Part shown: piece after piece, positions 33,760 through 46,953 of the stretch
How positions within the stretch are numbered: the first letter of the stretch is position 1
Layout: every line of letters begins with the position of its first letter
Origin: Takakia lepidozioides
Lineage: Eukaryota > Plantae > Bryophyta
NCBI GenBank assembly: GCA_030704615.1
Contig: CM060732.1
Span: forward strand, 24,738,001-24,802,000
Reading direction: 5' to 3'
DNA: 64,000 nucleotides
Translations under genes and position numbers: made by a program
The notes under the pieces: generated by a model
What the model was told of the DNA's origin: nothing
Seen by the model: only the letters and a program-made list of their open reading frames with translations
Database searches by the model: none

Positions 33760-36056
33760 TCATGCACGAGGGAAATATCGGACATTGTTGTCTTCGCATA
33801 TTTGCTGCAAGCATTCAAGACAGAGATAATGGTGAATGCAGATGTAAGTCATTCCGTTTGTACAAACCTCAGCCTTTGCCTCTCCAAGCGCTCCCTAGCA
33901 ATGGCCTGCCTTCTGAGTAACTCATCACTATCCAGTGTTTATCCACTTTTCTATGGGAGTCTCAGTGCACAACCAATTGTGCTTGGCTGGTAGTGCTACC
34001 AAGCCCTGGTAAATCTGTGCAATGCCCTTTCTACATTCTCGGACCAAAAGCAGAACACTGTATTACGAAAGCACGAACTTACCAGCATTTCCTCCGAAAG
34101 AGAGCCAGTCACTGAGAGTGCATAACACCCAGGCACTCCCTTACCTGACTCAGCCACACAATCATCAGAGTAAACCAGACCCTCCCATTCCTCTCTGTCT
34201 ATCCGCTTCACAGGCACAAATGCAAGCATTATCCACCACATTACACGATGAGCCCTGTGAGTACATCATCTCTATTTTAATGTTCTCTTTCAGATTATGA
34301 ACCCAAAATCTCGATATAATGTATAGGGCAGAGAGATAAAATACTCAATTGCCATCTCCTTCAAATGTTGGCTATGACGTTGTTATTGCAAAGTCTGTTT
34401 CATCTTTATCTTCTCTTACCTTTCATGTACATATACGGAAGGAAGGAGAAGATCCCTTTGCAAGATGACAGTTCTTGGCACGTCGGCCCATTTGAAAGGC
34501 ACAAATCCTAAAGGAAATATAAGAGCTTACTTATTCGAAGCCAACGAGCTGCCCAACTACTGCCTGGATCCATTGATGCTATGACCCTGCCACAACAGAC
34601 ATTTGTGACAAAAATAGTTAGTTTCACTCTTTCCTGTCCTTTTTTCGAACGACAGATGTCTTGTCCCATATGTTGTCAGCTAGAGGGCCAGAGCTGCGGT
34701 GCTGGAGCCAACTGGAGCCAACCATACGCTTTCTGTAGTATGATGTCCATGAGAGCCCAAACTCGACACTCAATTGGCGTAACAACCTTGTAGCTTGGTA
34801 TTTCAGAGCACTATGGTAATTTTAGGTTCAATCTCATAATTTTGTGGTGGGCTGAAACCCCAGAAGTGGCTCTCCAGTAGTTAGTAACGACATGAAGCAT
34901 TCATGTTGTAGCCAGTGTTCCTTACCATTGCCATTATGGGCCAAGTCTTGCTAGCACCAATCTTTCTCAGAGATTCCACTGGGGAGCAAAAGTGATGAGT
35001 GAGAATGAGAGTTAAGAACAAAATTTGGAAGGTGTGTGCTTCCAATCTGTCCAAACAACTCACATTGTACCACAGACAGCCCTTGATGACAGAAATCAAG
35101 CAGGAAACATTCTGTTGCCTTGGGTGGTCCTTCCAAATGACCTGCCATGCTCTTAGTGAAATGGCCACATTCAAACAAGCAGTTCAATGCAAAAAGATAG
35201 ACGGACAAAAAGAAGTACCCAGAAAAGTCGGGGGTGGTACACTCCAAAATACGATCATGATCGTGATCCATACTGAAGAAAGGACAGTTTTCGCATCCCA
35301 CATCCTTGAACTGCAATCCTCCATATCAGAGAAGGGAAAGAATGGTAAGTGTTTGTTTGTTTGCTTGTTTCCCGCTCTGAACCCTACCTAAACCCTTATG
35401 GTCAAAAGGTTTTGAGTCCAAACAGTTTGCAGAACCAAAAAAAATTCCGGTGATTAGAGCACACGTAGGTACAGAAGAGACTTTGGGTTCAAAAATAGCG
35501 GAGATTGAGGGAAAAGATGAGACGAGCAGACACTTTACCTGCAGCCACATGATTTTACTTGGCATGGAGGATTTCCACTAAGAAATTTTGCTACAAAATA
35601 CGGAAAACTACTCTGGGACATCGAACATCATGGCTTGGGGAAATTCAGTCAGACCATCATTGCATATGACTTGGTGCGTGCGATTCGATTACTGCATGGA
35701 ATGGGTTAGCGAGATGTTTCACTTGGTTCGTGAAGACTATTTCTGCCAAAACTACACTGAAGCCCGCCATATCCAAGGCAGATATATCAGGATTGTATAA
35801 TCCGATGACAAAGAGAATCTCGGGGATGCAAGTTGCAGTTGAAAGAAAAAATCACGGCAGCGGCATACGAAAACTGCAGGGTTGATCAGTAGGAATCGAA
35901 ATGTATGAGGGTTGATTCCAATAGCAACTGCTCCAATCTATCTTTGTTGGGAAAAAAGACGAAGGCAAGCACCTGGTCGAAGGTTTTGACGAGTCCACAG
36001 CGCACACAAACTCGCAGCTCCCGCCCAAAACTGCTCGGAACCTGCGCTGGGGCCAT
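33760..36056 (-). CDS. SPT4: Transcription elongation factor SPT4, 5 exons (alternative in-frame ATG at 36101)
   Basis: MAPAQVPSSFGRELRVCVRCGLVKTFDQ|FKDVGCENCPFF..ECTTPDFSG|..SMDPGSSWAARWLRI|SKGVPGCYALSVTGSL|QICEDNNVRYFPRA*. Confidence 0.95.
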
Positions 36057-37671
36057 CTCCCTCCCTCTGTGTGGCTCTCTTGGAACTGTCAATGGGGCCA
36101 TTCTCCCTCTCTCCTCTCGTCCTCTTTGATTCTTCAGCGCTTATCTCCTCTCCCTTCTCAAGGCCACGAACATATACATCGTTCTGTCAGTAACCCAGTA
36201 CCCAAAACACGCAGCCATGCATTCTCTCCGCTCGCGCCCTCCCTTCCTCTAATGCTGCTCCTCTCTTCCTCGCCCTCTCTTATATATGCACGCACCACCC
36301 CCACTGCCGCCGCCCACCCGCCACCGTGCCTTCCAAAAACCAAAAAGAAAAGAAAAGAAAAAACTGGATCTTTCTATAACCCAGTACCCAAAATACCCAC
36401 GTTTCCCCTCTCGTTCTCTCTTTCTCTCCTTCGAAGGCTTATCCCTGCCCACCACAGAGCCATAGCTCGTGCTTCTCCCGAGTTCGTTTCCCTCCACGAG
36501 GAAGTGCATTTGCTTTCTTTTTTCCCCTTATATATGCTTGTTTTATAAGCTGTCAGTCTCGCACGCACGACACAAAATGGGTAGTCTGTTCGCATATATA
36601 TACACACCAGGAATACACCGGTATGCTTCCTGATGTCATAGCCATTGTGCAGAAGAGTGGCCGCTGCAGTGGTGGTGCTGGAGTATATAGTGGGCTTGAT
36701 GAATGGGACCCTGCTACAAAGGGAGTGGTTATCAAAGAGTTCTTTTAATATTGGGCTTGAGCTGCTGCCCCTCTGTATGCTTAGACTTTCTTGGCAGCAT
36801 CATTCTCTCGTCTACCTGCATTCTCCTTCCTCTACGGTAGTTGTAAGGTTTATGGGGAAAAAGTAGTTGTAGTTAGTTGCTTCACTAAGAGGAAAGAATC
36901 TTATAACGCAAAGACTGGCATCAAGATCATCGCTTACACACCAGGAAAACCAAAACACAGCAGCACACCCCCTATAGCTCAGAATGCTTCTTCACTTTAC
37001 TCGTACACTCTTACCACTATCAAGGCTCCAGTACACATACCATAGGGACAGTAGCCGGAAGCTAGAGTGGGGCTCTTAGTTACGCCGGCTATGGCCAGAG
37101 TCGTCGCAGACTCTCTATTACACGTTCTCCAATATGGTGAATATGAACAGTTAACGCCACACAGAAGGCGATTACATGTGAAGCGCCATTGAGAAATCAA
37201 CTTGTGAAAAGAACCCACAAAGATAGATCGTCCAGAAAGGGACTCCATCTCGCACACCTGGGACTGCTGAGAACAGAGAAACGTGCTCCACTAAAGCACG
37301 CAAAGAAGAAGAGCTGCGCAAAATGGTCTGAAAGAAGAATGTGCCAACTAGGACCTTTCCAGCGGGTCCGAACCCACAAAAAAAGTGCAACTTTTCACTA
37401 TCCCACTTGGTGTTGATTGACTAGCTTGTTGTTGCCTTGGTGGCGAATGTGATAAGCACCTGTGAATCACTCGATGGAGGGTTATCAACAAACCCATGTG
37501 AATCGCCTTACGAAGCTCTCATTCTAATCTAGTTTTCTCTCTTTGCTGAGGACTTTTTTGTGAGGCAGGGGGGGCTTTTCTGGTAGTGCTCAGCTCAGTA
37601 TTTTGTTTCTTGTGAAAAGTACATCACATGGGATCAATCAAGCAAGCCTTTGGTGAGTAGTCTTTGGTGCA

Positions 37672-38233
37672 TCAGCCAACATGCGACCTGAGGAAGAGGT
37701 AGTAAGGTCGTTCGGGTCCATTTGTGATATATTTCAAAGAGATGATGGAGATGAAATGCTCCAAAAGCTCACTGCAAATATGATGTTCAGGACCCTGTTG
37801 GGCAGGTTGCAGTATGGAGTTGACAAGAGGGGGGACAGATAACTCGAGAAGTCCTTTATCGAGAAGGCCTTTTTCGAGGAAGTTTGCTGGTTCGTTCATC
37901 ATTGGCGACTTCATTCCGGCACTCACGATATTTGACATCCATGGCACCTGACGAGGCTAAGTTATAAGATCTGCTCTAGCTGATGTAGACTCTAGATCAC
38001 TGTGATCTAGAAGGTGAAATTGGTGATCCCGTCAAGTAGAGTAGGAAGCGTCAGGCGATATAGTCAAGCAGGATGGTACATACATTCATGAAGTCCTCGT
38101 TGGGCAACCGCAGCATCTCATTACGAGCATTAAAAGTGCCCATCCTCCAAATGGAAGACAATAGTCTTTGGGGTGAAGTGACACCGTAAGTTTGGGCGGG
38201 AGTCTTGCTCTCCTCTAAAATTCTGGGTGGCAT
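37672..38233 (-). CDS. Putative two-exon orphan protein (~141 aa)
   Basis: ATG at 38233, donor AAT|GTATGT at 38084/38083, acceptor CGTCAG|GTG at 37948/37947. The splice joins two ORFs in frame. No recognisable domain. Confidence 0.3.
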
Positions 38234-39075
38234 CCGAACTTCCCATCACGTTAGCGCATTAAGACACTAAGTAGGTCTGGGCCCACTTGGTAAGTGTCCT
38301 GACGGCAGTGCTAGAGAATCTCCTTCACTTTTGGACTCTTGCGGGTGCTTACACAGTCAGTCCTGGATAAATGTTGACGGTCGGGAGTAGAAAAAAATAA
38401 TATTTAACACATCAGGTTGTAATAAAGCACATTAATAAGCTGTTTATCAGGGGGAGCTTGCCTTGTACCAGATACATAGCTAACTATAACACACTGCAAA
38501 CCTGGAGGATGGGATTGGGACCTTACGCTTTTGTCTCAACTTCTCCCTCTTTGGATTCAAGTGATGCTGTGGTGTCTTAGGGCAGCATACAACTCTCAGT
38601 CTAGCTTGCTCGAGTGGTTGGGCTATTTACGAGTGAATTCTGATAACAGGTCGGTGAACCACATGAACAGTGGTAGTTGGCAGCTGAAGCTGAAGAACAG
38701 CAGCCTATATCCCTGGGGAATCCAAAATTATGTACTACTGAAAGGAGCTGCATGACTGTAAAAAGAGGGAGGAGCATAACTGTCCAGAGAAGATGGGGAC
38801 ATTACCATTTGCAGAGATTTCATGATAAATCCCAGAATGAACTAGGCAGGAAGTCCTAAAGGGATGTTACCAGATCTGCAACAACTTCGGAATCATAGTA
38901 ATCTGTAAACTCCCTATACATGATCTATAATCTGCACACAAGCGAGCTGCCCTCTTATCTGTATGCTGATAGCACACTAGGTCTATGATCATATGCCAAT
39001 ATGGTCACACACTCTTTCCATGTGGGAAGAAACTCTCAAGGTCTCAACGCGAAATTCAGTTACTGCACATGATCA

Positions 39076-41919
39076 TTATAACCTGCGAGTACAGGTAACT
39101 TTGATGCCGTGAGCCATGGCAAGGATGGTCATCATGCGGTACTTGACGGAATGGCCGGGCACCAGTTTGAACTTGAAAAACCGACAAAGCAAAGCTGTTG
39201 TCATCTTCAGTTGCAAGTAGGCTGAATCCTTTCCCAAGCAAATCCGAGGCCCTGCCTGAAGACACAGCTCACAACACAGATATTGGAAGGGTTCAACTCA
39301 GAAAAGGTACTAGACAAGTTTGAAATAACCGTTCTCCACTAATCCTTCGTTCAAGGTAGCTGCTGAAGAAGGCCAAAGGTCCAGGACCAAGTTAATTCCA
39401 GTGCATTCGGAAGGAATGCAGACCTGAAATGCAGTCCCATGGTTCTTGTTACCAAGAGAGCAAGTGGAAATCCAGTTTTAAATACAATCCACGGATTGCA
39501 AATTCCACAGAACATCTCATCTGAAAGTCCACCACTTCAGCTCTGTACGAATGTTCAATAGTATTTTGTGCATGTTGTTGAATATTCTGCCCTAGGGTAG
39601 AGTACTCAAAGCCAGCACACACATATGAAGTTCGTGATCAACAACATCATGCGACAAAAGGCTAGAGCTCAATCCTACAATATGGGTCTTGCAGAGGTCA
39701 CCAACCTGGAAGGCAGTGAACTTGAAAGGGGAGACTGCTTGGAATGAGCCGTCATCCTTAAGCCAGCGCTCTGGCCTGTACTCGCCAGCGCCCGGCCCCC
39801 ACAGACTTTTCAAGCGTCCCATACAGTAGGGTACATACACAACCATACTTCCCTTCTTCACTTTCATCCCACCCGGCAGCTCGTCGTCTTCCAGCACACC
39901 TTTGGCATCCTGCACGAGGACAACAGTCAGTGTGAAGTGTGAGCCATAATTTTTCACGTCCAAAGTATCGAGCAAAACTCATGAATGTCCAGAAGCATAT
40001 AATACGCACATAAACATTGCTTCAAAGAAATGGGGGCTTGCAGCATCCTACTGCAGGCACTGCTGGGTACAGTCGAATTGTTTCGGTGATGGCTGCATGC
40101 AAGTACTGCAACTGTGAGAGCCCATCATATGTCAAGAGGCATGAAAACTCTTCCAGACGTTGATTGATGGAGTGCTCGTCCACACTCTTTTTTACTTTGC
40201 TCTCGTATGCGCATAATTCAGCGTTGATCCTATCAGCAACTTCAGGGTGGAGGCACATCATGTAGATGAACCAGGAAAGGGTCGCCGCTGTGGTATCCCG
40301 ACCCGCCATAACAAAGTTGAGGACAAGATCGCGTAGACTTTCATCTGAGAACTGCTCCTCATTTTTATCATCACTCAATAGCATGAAGCGTGACAACAGA
40401 TCAGACCTCGCCTGCAAGATCCCAATGACACTCAAATGTTAAGAGTAATTTGACATGTATAACTTTAGCGGCTTCCCTCAACCACAATCGGAATCCAGGT
40501 AGTGTAAGTGAATTTATAGATTCAAACCTAAGGAAAATTCAGGATTTGCTTACCGGAACCTCTCTCCCAGAGGCACGAGCTATTTCCAACTCAGCTCGGC
40601 GTGTGCGAATGACGTTGAAGGTGAAATCATCGACAATCTTTGCACTGCGGGCCAGGATGGACTCTGTGCCGACATTAAGACGACGTTTAATCTTCCAGAA
40701 TGGGTCGATGAATCTCAGTATTACTGCCTCGTTGGCTGTATCAAATGCTGTAGCGAAAGGGGCTGCGGGTAGGGCTGGCGACAACGTTCCTAGCTCCACA
40801 CCAAATCCCACTTTGCAAATCGAGTCCAAAGTCAGGCGACTGAAGAGATCCTGTGCAGCGAAAGATCAACAACACACAGGTTTCAGTAGACACGATAAAA
40901 AGAAAACTGTCCTGCACAAATCTTAGTACCGAGCGTTAGTACTAAGATTGTATATATAGAATGTGAAGTTCAAGGCAGTTGACGTCTCTGGTCACCCAGA
41001 CTTGATTTTAGACATGACATATACGTGGAAGCTTGCAAAAACATAATATCTGCAAATCTGAGCCGCATAGACCTGTGTAAATGTACACATCAGGGCTGCT
41101 CAGTCATAATATTCCATGGCTGCCAACTTCAACTTCTGAGGAGAATGATGTTAACACACCTGCATCTCCACAGGGTGATGTGTGATGGAAGCGCTATCGA
41201 CAATACGGGCCAGTTTGAGCGCGTAGTCTTTAAATACCACAGTGCTGAATTCCCGCAGATTTCTGGATGAGAACTCAAAACTCGCTGTCTTCCGGTGCTT
41301 TCGCCACAAATCTCCATCTGAGTTGAAGATCCCATTCCCAAGCAAAACCTCCATGACCTCATGAAGATTACGCCCCTTCACACACAAGGGAAAGAAATGT
41401 CAGATTGTATGACCCTGATGGTCGCATGCTGACTCCGTCTATGGAAGCAGGTGCGCTTGGACATCAGCAGGACATGGTCAATGATCGAGAGCTCAATATG
41501 TAGTTGTTCAATTTCATCTCAAGATCAGTATCCTACCGGTCAACATGACCCCGGGAGGGAATTTCCAGTATCGTCAAGGCACCCGCAGTATACAGCTCAG
41601 TTGTTACCTTTGGATAGTTGGGAAAGTTGGTTTTGAGGATGTGCTCCACAACAGCTGGGTCTGCCGTGTAGAGGTAAGTATGGCCGGCCATGGAAAGAGG
41701 GAAGGTGGGTGCCTTCTCAGCGTAACGCATGAGCCAATCATGCATAGTTGAGAAGTTGAAGAGGGCCTCTATCGACGCGCCCAGAAACGGCCATGCCCAC
41801 GGTCCCACACGACCACGGTTCCTGAAGCGATGCACCGCCATATACAGCACCCAAGCCACTACTGCGGTGGCCACAACGCTTACCACTGCCTCGCTAACTA
41901 TTGGGGCTTTCGTCTCCAT
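39076..41919 (-). CDS. CYP704B: Cytochrome P450 CYP704B (long-chain fatty-acid omega-hydroxylase, sporopollenin pathway), 6 exons
   Basis: N-terminal TM anchor; TADPAVVEHILKTNFPNYPKG; MEVLLGNGIFNSDGDLWRKHRKTASFEF; I-helix AGRDTT; ETIR; PERW; heme motif FQ|AGPRICLG. Confidence 0.93.
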
Positions 41920-41969
41920 GGCTGTCTAGCTAAATAGATGAGAAAAAAAGCACTATGCAGCACGCCAGC

Positions 41970-42660
41970 TCACCAGCAGCTGCTCCTCAGTCACAAAACA
42001 TAGACTCTACAAGAACGAGTTTGATAATATATATTATGTCTCCTGTTTGCGTCATGTATCCAGGCATCAGCGAGTTCTCTTTTCGTCTGCTCACATTCGT
42101 CCCCTCCACGACGATGTAGACAGACTTTCCTCGCAGCAGGTGCTCCTCAATCACAGAACGTAAGTTGTAGAAGACAGATATTGCACCATATAATTGTCTC
42201 CTGTTTGTGTCATGAATCCATGCATCAGCGCAGCTCTCTTTCGTCGACTCCTCACATTTGCCACCCCCCTCACAACACTGTAGACAGAGTTTTCCCGCAG
42301 CAGCGCAGCTGCACCTCAATCACATAACGTACAAGTTGTAGAAGAGAGATAACTAGTGTGATGTAAACTTTTCCTGTCTGTGTCATGAATCTTCGTCTCT
42401 CACACCCGTACCCTCCACACCAATGTAGACAGCCTTTTCAGCAGCTGCTCCTAGGACATAAGTTGAAGAATAAAGATATACGAACGTGATCTGAACAACG
42501 TTTCCTAATATTTGTGTCATGAATTCATGCACTGGCGCAGCTCGTCTGCTTATGTACAGTGCGCTCCCACACAGTGATACTGTGGAGTGAGTTTAGAAGA
42601 GAGAGAGAGAGAACGATGTAACAATCAATGTATCCGTGGAGTCATGGATCCATGCAGTGA
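41970..42660. repeat. 4-5 degenerate ~150-170-bp tandem units upstream of the CYP704B ATG
   Basis: Recurring tgtttgtgtcatgaatcca, tgtagacag..tttt..gcagc..ctcctcaatcaca, aagttgtagaaga. Confidence 0.8.
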
Positions 42661-42765
42661 TCGACCGCTCGTACAGAGACGGACAGTGCGGAGAGGGAGG
42701 CAAAGTCTGTGCGGGTAGCGGCGGTGTGATGGGGCAACGATAGTTCAACCAGTCGCACGTGCCGC

Positions 42766-42772
42766 TTTATAG
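42766..42772 (-). promoter_or_regulatory. Candidate TATA box (TATAAAG) for CYP704B
   Basis: Minus-strand TATAAAG about 90 bp upstream of a GTACGA donor (~42676). An acceptor tttag lies just before the ATG (~41932), implying a 5'-UTR intron. Confidence 0.35.
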
Positions 42773-44578
42773 CTAAACTCCGCCCCCCACTTGCCCTTAT
42801 TAAAAGCCCGCAATCTCGACTCCGCCCGGTGCTTTATTGGGTGGTGAGGTGGTGGCAGAGGTTTCCCGCCGGGCCATCGCCCCGGGCGCGTCCCGTTCCC
42901 GGCGTTAAGTGGCTCAGGATCCCAGCCTTCCTTTGAGTTCCCTCGATTCCGATACCGGGGCTGCCCCATTCCGCCTACCGAACGGGCAGCGGGCACCCTA
43001 ACAAAAGGACATAATAGTCGTTGATATTATTTCAAACTCATTATGAATTGGGTTTCCCACAATAAACACCGAAGTTCACAATTTCTATATTTAACTTTAG
43101 TGTTTTTGGCATTAAAGTTGGAGATCCAGTGCATTTAAATAACAATAATTGATTAATTAATTAATTAAAAGCTGTTGGGTTTCACGATCACACCGACCTC
43201 AGGGCGTAGAGGCAATCCAAATGAATGGGCGAATGCCATTGGTAGAGGGAAAACCTTATGTTCTAAAGGAAGCTGATGTGTTTGATGACGTGGAAGGTTT
43301 TGGAAGCCGCAAGACACTTAGAGCTTGATCCATGCTTTCCTTGATTATGTGAGTTCAGATCCTGATAGATAGCGGAAAGGAGAGTCAAAATTGAACAAGC
43401 TGTTTCAGAGAACGTCATGTTGCATCTGGTTTTCCATATGTGCCAAAGGGTAGAGCTTCTCAGGGAGTCATAGACTGGGCAATTGATTGCTTTTTGTTTG
43501 GAGGTTTGATCATAGTTGAGCAGAATAGAAAGCGGGCCTAGAGTCCACTGTGGGTTCCAGGAGCGGTAGAAAGCTCGTATGTGAGACCAGATTGCTACAG
43601 GAGCGTGGTAGCTGTGCAAGAGACAATGAGATTCTATGATGGCTGCTGAGCAACATTTGCATAGGAGGGCATCATTGAATCCCAACCACTCTCCCACTTT
43701 CAAAACCTTGTTGGCTATTTGCCATAAGAATGTTGATAATTTTGCTGGTATGGTCTTAGTCCATAGGATTTTCCATATTGTGTTCCAGCTTTCATTATGG
43801 AAATCGAAGTGGCTATTTTTTCCATTCCACTTGGAGTGGAGTGGTTGGGTGTGCGAAAAGCCTAAGTATCTTTTCTTAGTTGTGTCACGTGAAGAAGGAA
43901 GTGGGGGATCGTTCGAACGTCCGTGACCATTCATGGGGGTCAAATTTGAGCTCTGCTATTGGTCTTCCCAGAACCCGATAAAGCATTGGGATGAGAGCCA
44001 AGTTAGCAAGGGTTGGTCGAGCGGTGGCTGGGGGTTCATCTCTTTGGTTTGAGAGGTCCAATAGCAAATTCTTACAGGTGTATGTGTGAAGTGGGGAAAA
44101 GTTTGTAGGATGCGGTCTTGGATGATGAGGGTTATCTAGTGTTTGGATCAATGTGGAAGGAGTATCCTTCCATGTACTACTCTGAGGAATAGACCACGAA
44201 GAGTATGCAAGTAAGTGTGTTGAACAAGATGACCAGGGTCCAGAAGTATCATGTTGGCTTGGTAGGTCCAGGTTGGAGAGTGCTTGTCCACTGGGGTGCG
44301 ATGGATTGGAAAAGGTATCGTATCTGTGGCTGTCCCTGATCCTTCCAACCATGGTAGAGATGACATCATTGGAGAGAAAAGAACATTGCCTCCATATATC
44401 CTTAATTCTGTGCCTGATGCCTTTGAAATCCCATGCTGACCATTTTTTTGCCAGATGCCTTTGGGAGGGAGTGGCTGAATTGGAGTTGAGGAAGAGTGAT
44501 TGTTTAAAAGTTTCCTCATAGGAACCAAGCTCAGCTTTTGGCGGGAAGGGCCGTAACTGTGCCAAAGCCCACCAAATG

Positions 44579-45296
44579 GGGTAAATGCACATATGAGTGG
44601 ACCAAAAACTGCGTAACATGTTGTTTCTGCAGTGACCTCCTTCGATGGTTTCACCCATATTTGTCCAACAATTCAATATTTCATCTAAATTTATATGTGA
44701 TAGGGTTTATAACTACAATATGTATGTGTACCAACTGTTAGATTGCAAAAATAATGATGTAATAGAGAGCTATGGACTTTTAAAGTTGATTACTATGGAC
44801 TATAGATGTTACACATAAAATCTTTTGGACTCAAAAAATATCATCCAACGCTCATATAATGCACAAAGAAAAACATATCAAGGGTGCCATTTCTTAAATC
44901 AACCCAAATCCACTTTTACATGGACAAGTTACCTTAGGATGGACTATTTTACACCTTAAAAATAAATTGTCCATAGTATGTTATGTTTTGGGTTTTTGGG
45001 CCCGGTGTCATCTTTTACCCAAAAGACATACAAACCTATAATCTACAATGGCCAGGTGGTATCTGGACAAGTGGTTGTAAACTCTAAATTTTGACGTTAG
45101 ATTAAAAAATCCTAGTAGATAGTTTCTTCAATATTTGGGGGAGGAGGGGAGGACTCTTTACTAAAAATGTTTGGTATACTACTATCTATTTTTCTAAAAA
45201 TAAACTAACAAAATTTGCTCAAAAAATGATTTTTTCCGCGGACTTCCATGGACTCAACATTTGTCGTTTTTGGTCCACCCACTTGTGTAAATGCCC
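44579..45296. mobile_element. Non-autonomous TIR DNA transposon, copy 1 (Sola-like: GGG termini, 4-bp TSD)
   Basis: TSD AATG at 44575-44578 and 45297-45300. Imperfect TIRs GGGTAAATGCACATATGAGTGGACCAAAAAC / GGGCATTTACACAAGTGGGTGGACCAAAAAC. Removal restores the L1 frame LWAAIWWALAQLRP. Confidence 0.85.
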
Positions 45297-46202
45297 AATG
45301 GCTGCCCATAACAAAGATCCAAGGGTTTTGTGTTTGAAACCGTTTGCAATCCATCGCAGAGATGGTTGTCCGTTTGCAAACTTAAAGAGGAGGCCTTTGC
45401 GATGTTATCCGCCACCAGAAATTTCCACCATCTTCCTTCGGGCCCCAAGAATCTAACAATCTAACAGGGTAGTGATCTGTTTGTCTAGGTCTATGATTCC
45501 TAGTCCTCATTTTTTCTTAGGGAGACATATCTGCTTCCAGGAAACTTGTGGTTTTTTTTTTTCGTTGTGGTTGCTGGCCCCATGTGAAGTTCCTCAGAAG
45601 TTTCTTGACCTCCTGATTTTGGGATGAAGCTGGTCTCCAAGGCGCAACAAAGTACCATAGGCCTGCCGACATGATCTGATTGGTGGCAAAGGGCCTTGCC
45701 AGTGATGGATAAGTGATGGGATCCCCACCAAGCTAACTTGGTTTAAAGCTTGGCAATTGTTGGTCTGTGAGGTTGATACCAAAAGTGTAGCCTAGCAAAG
45801 TTGTTGTATGCCCTGGTTGAAGCCACCTCAGGCCCTTATTTTCCGCCCAAGTAGGTTGGGTTCCAATAGGGGACCTTGAAGTGTCTCCTACTAACAGTGT
45901 ACTTGTCTTTCCCCAATTAATTTTGAAGTCGGAGGCTTGACAGAAGGTCTCCAAAGTGTTGGTGTTGTTGTCGGTTTGTGGGGTTGGCATGGAGCGCCAA
46001 GAACGTGTCGTCAACAAACATGGACTCTCTGATCTGAGTTGGTTGGTGGGTAACATGATTGGTGATATGTAGACCTGTTATGGTTTGGTTAGCTTGCAAC
46101 ATGTGCCCTAGAAAATCTGCTACAATGAAAAACAGAAAAGATGATAGCGGGTATCCCTGGCGAACTGATTTATGGAGAGAGAAGGGTCTTGAGAGAGGGC
46201 CA

Positions 46203-46953
46203 GGGCAGTTGCAAGATTGGGTGGATCAAAAGTGGCACATGTTGAGTCCATTGGAAGTCCATGGAAAAAAAAAAAAAAATGAATCTATTGCTTTCAATTT
46301 ATTTTATTTTATTTTTAAAGTAGTATATATAACATTTTTAGTAAAGAGTCCCTCCTCAAAGATTGAAAATATTCTTTACTAGATATTTTAATCCATAATT
46401 TGGAAAAAAAAAATAGACATCAAAATCTAGAATTTACAACCACTTGTCCATATACCACCTAGCACCTCTAGATTATAGGTTTATATGTCTTTTTAATAAA
46501 AGAAGACACCTCAAAAACCCAAAACATAAGATGCTATGGACTAGAGCAAATCAGCCTGTTTTTAGGTGCAAAATAGTCCATAGCTCTCAATTCCTAAGAT
46601 AATTAGTCCACATAAAAATGGATTTGGATTGGATTTAAAAATGGCACCCCTAGTGTGTTTTCCTTTGTGTCATTGTATGAGTATACATGATGTTTTTTCA
46701 GTCCATAAGATTTTATGTGTTACATCTGCAGTCCACAGTAATCAACTTTAAAAGTCCATGGCTCTCTGGTACATGATTGTTTTTGCAATCTAACAATTGG
46801 TACACATACCTATTGTAGTTAGAAACCCTACACCATATAAATTTAGATGAAATATTGAGTTGTTGAACAAATATGGGTAAAACCATGTATAGAGGTCACT
46901 GCAGAAACTGCCATGTTACGCAAAAACTGAGACACCCAATCCTGCAAATACCC
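46203..46953. mobile_element. Non-autonomous TIR DNA transposon, copy 2, inverted relative to copy 1
   Basis: TSD GCCA at 46199-46202 and 46954-46957. TIRs GGGCAGTTGCAAGATTGGGTG / GGGTATTTGCAGGATTGGGTG. The interior is a reverse-complement homolog of 44579-45296. Removal restores the L1 RT frame VLINGPLSRPFSLHKSVRQG. Confidence 0.85.

Noticed and set aside
44581-45295. 8-bp repeat GTAAATGC as a hAT-type TSD
   Set aside because: It lies within the TIRs. The 4-bp TSD boundaries restore the L1 frame and match the second copy.
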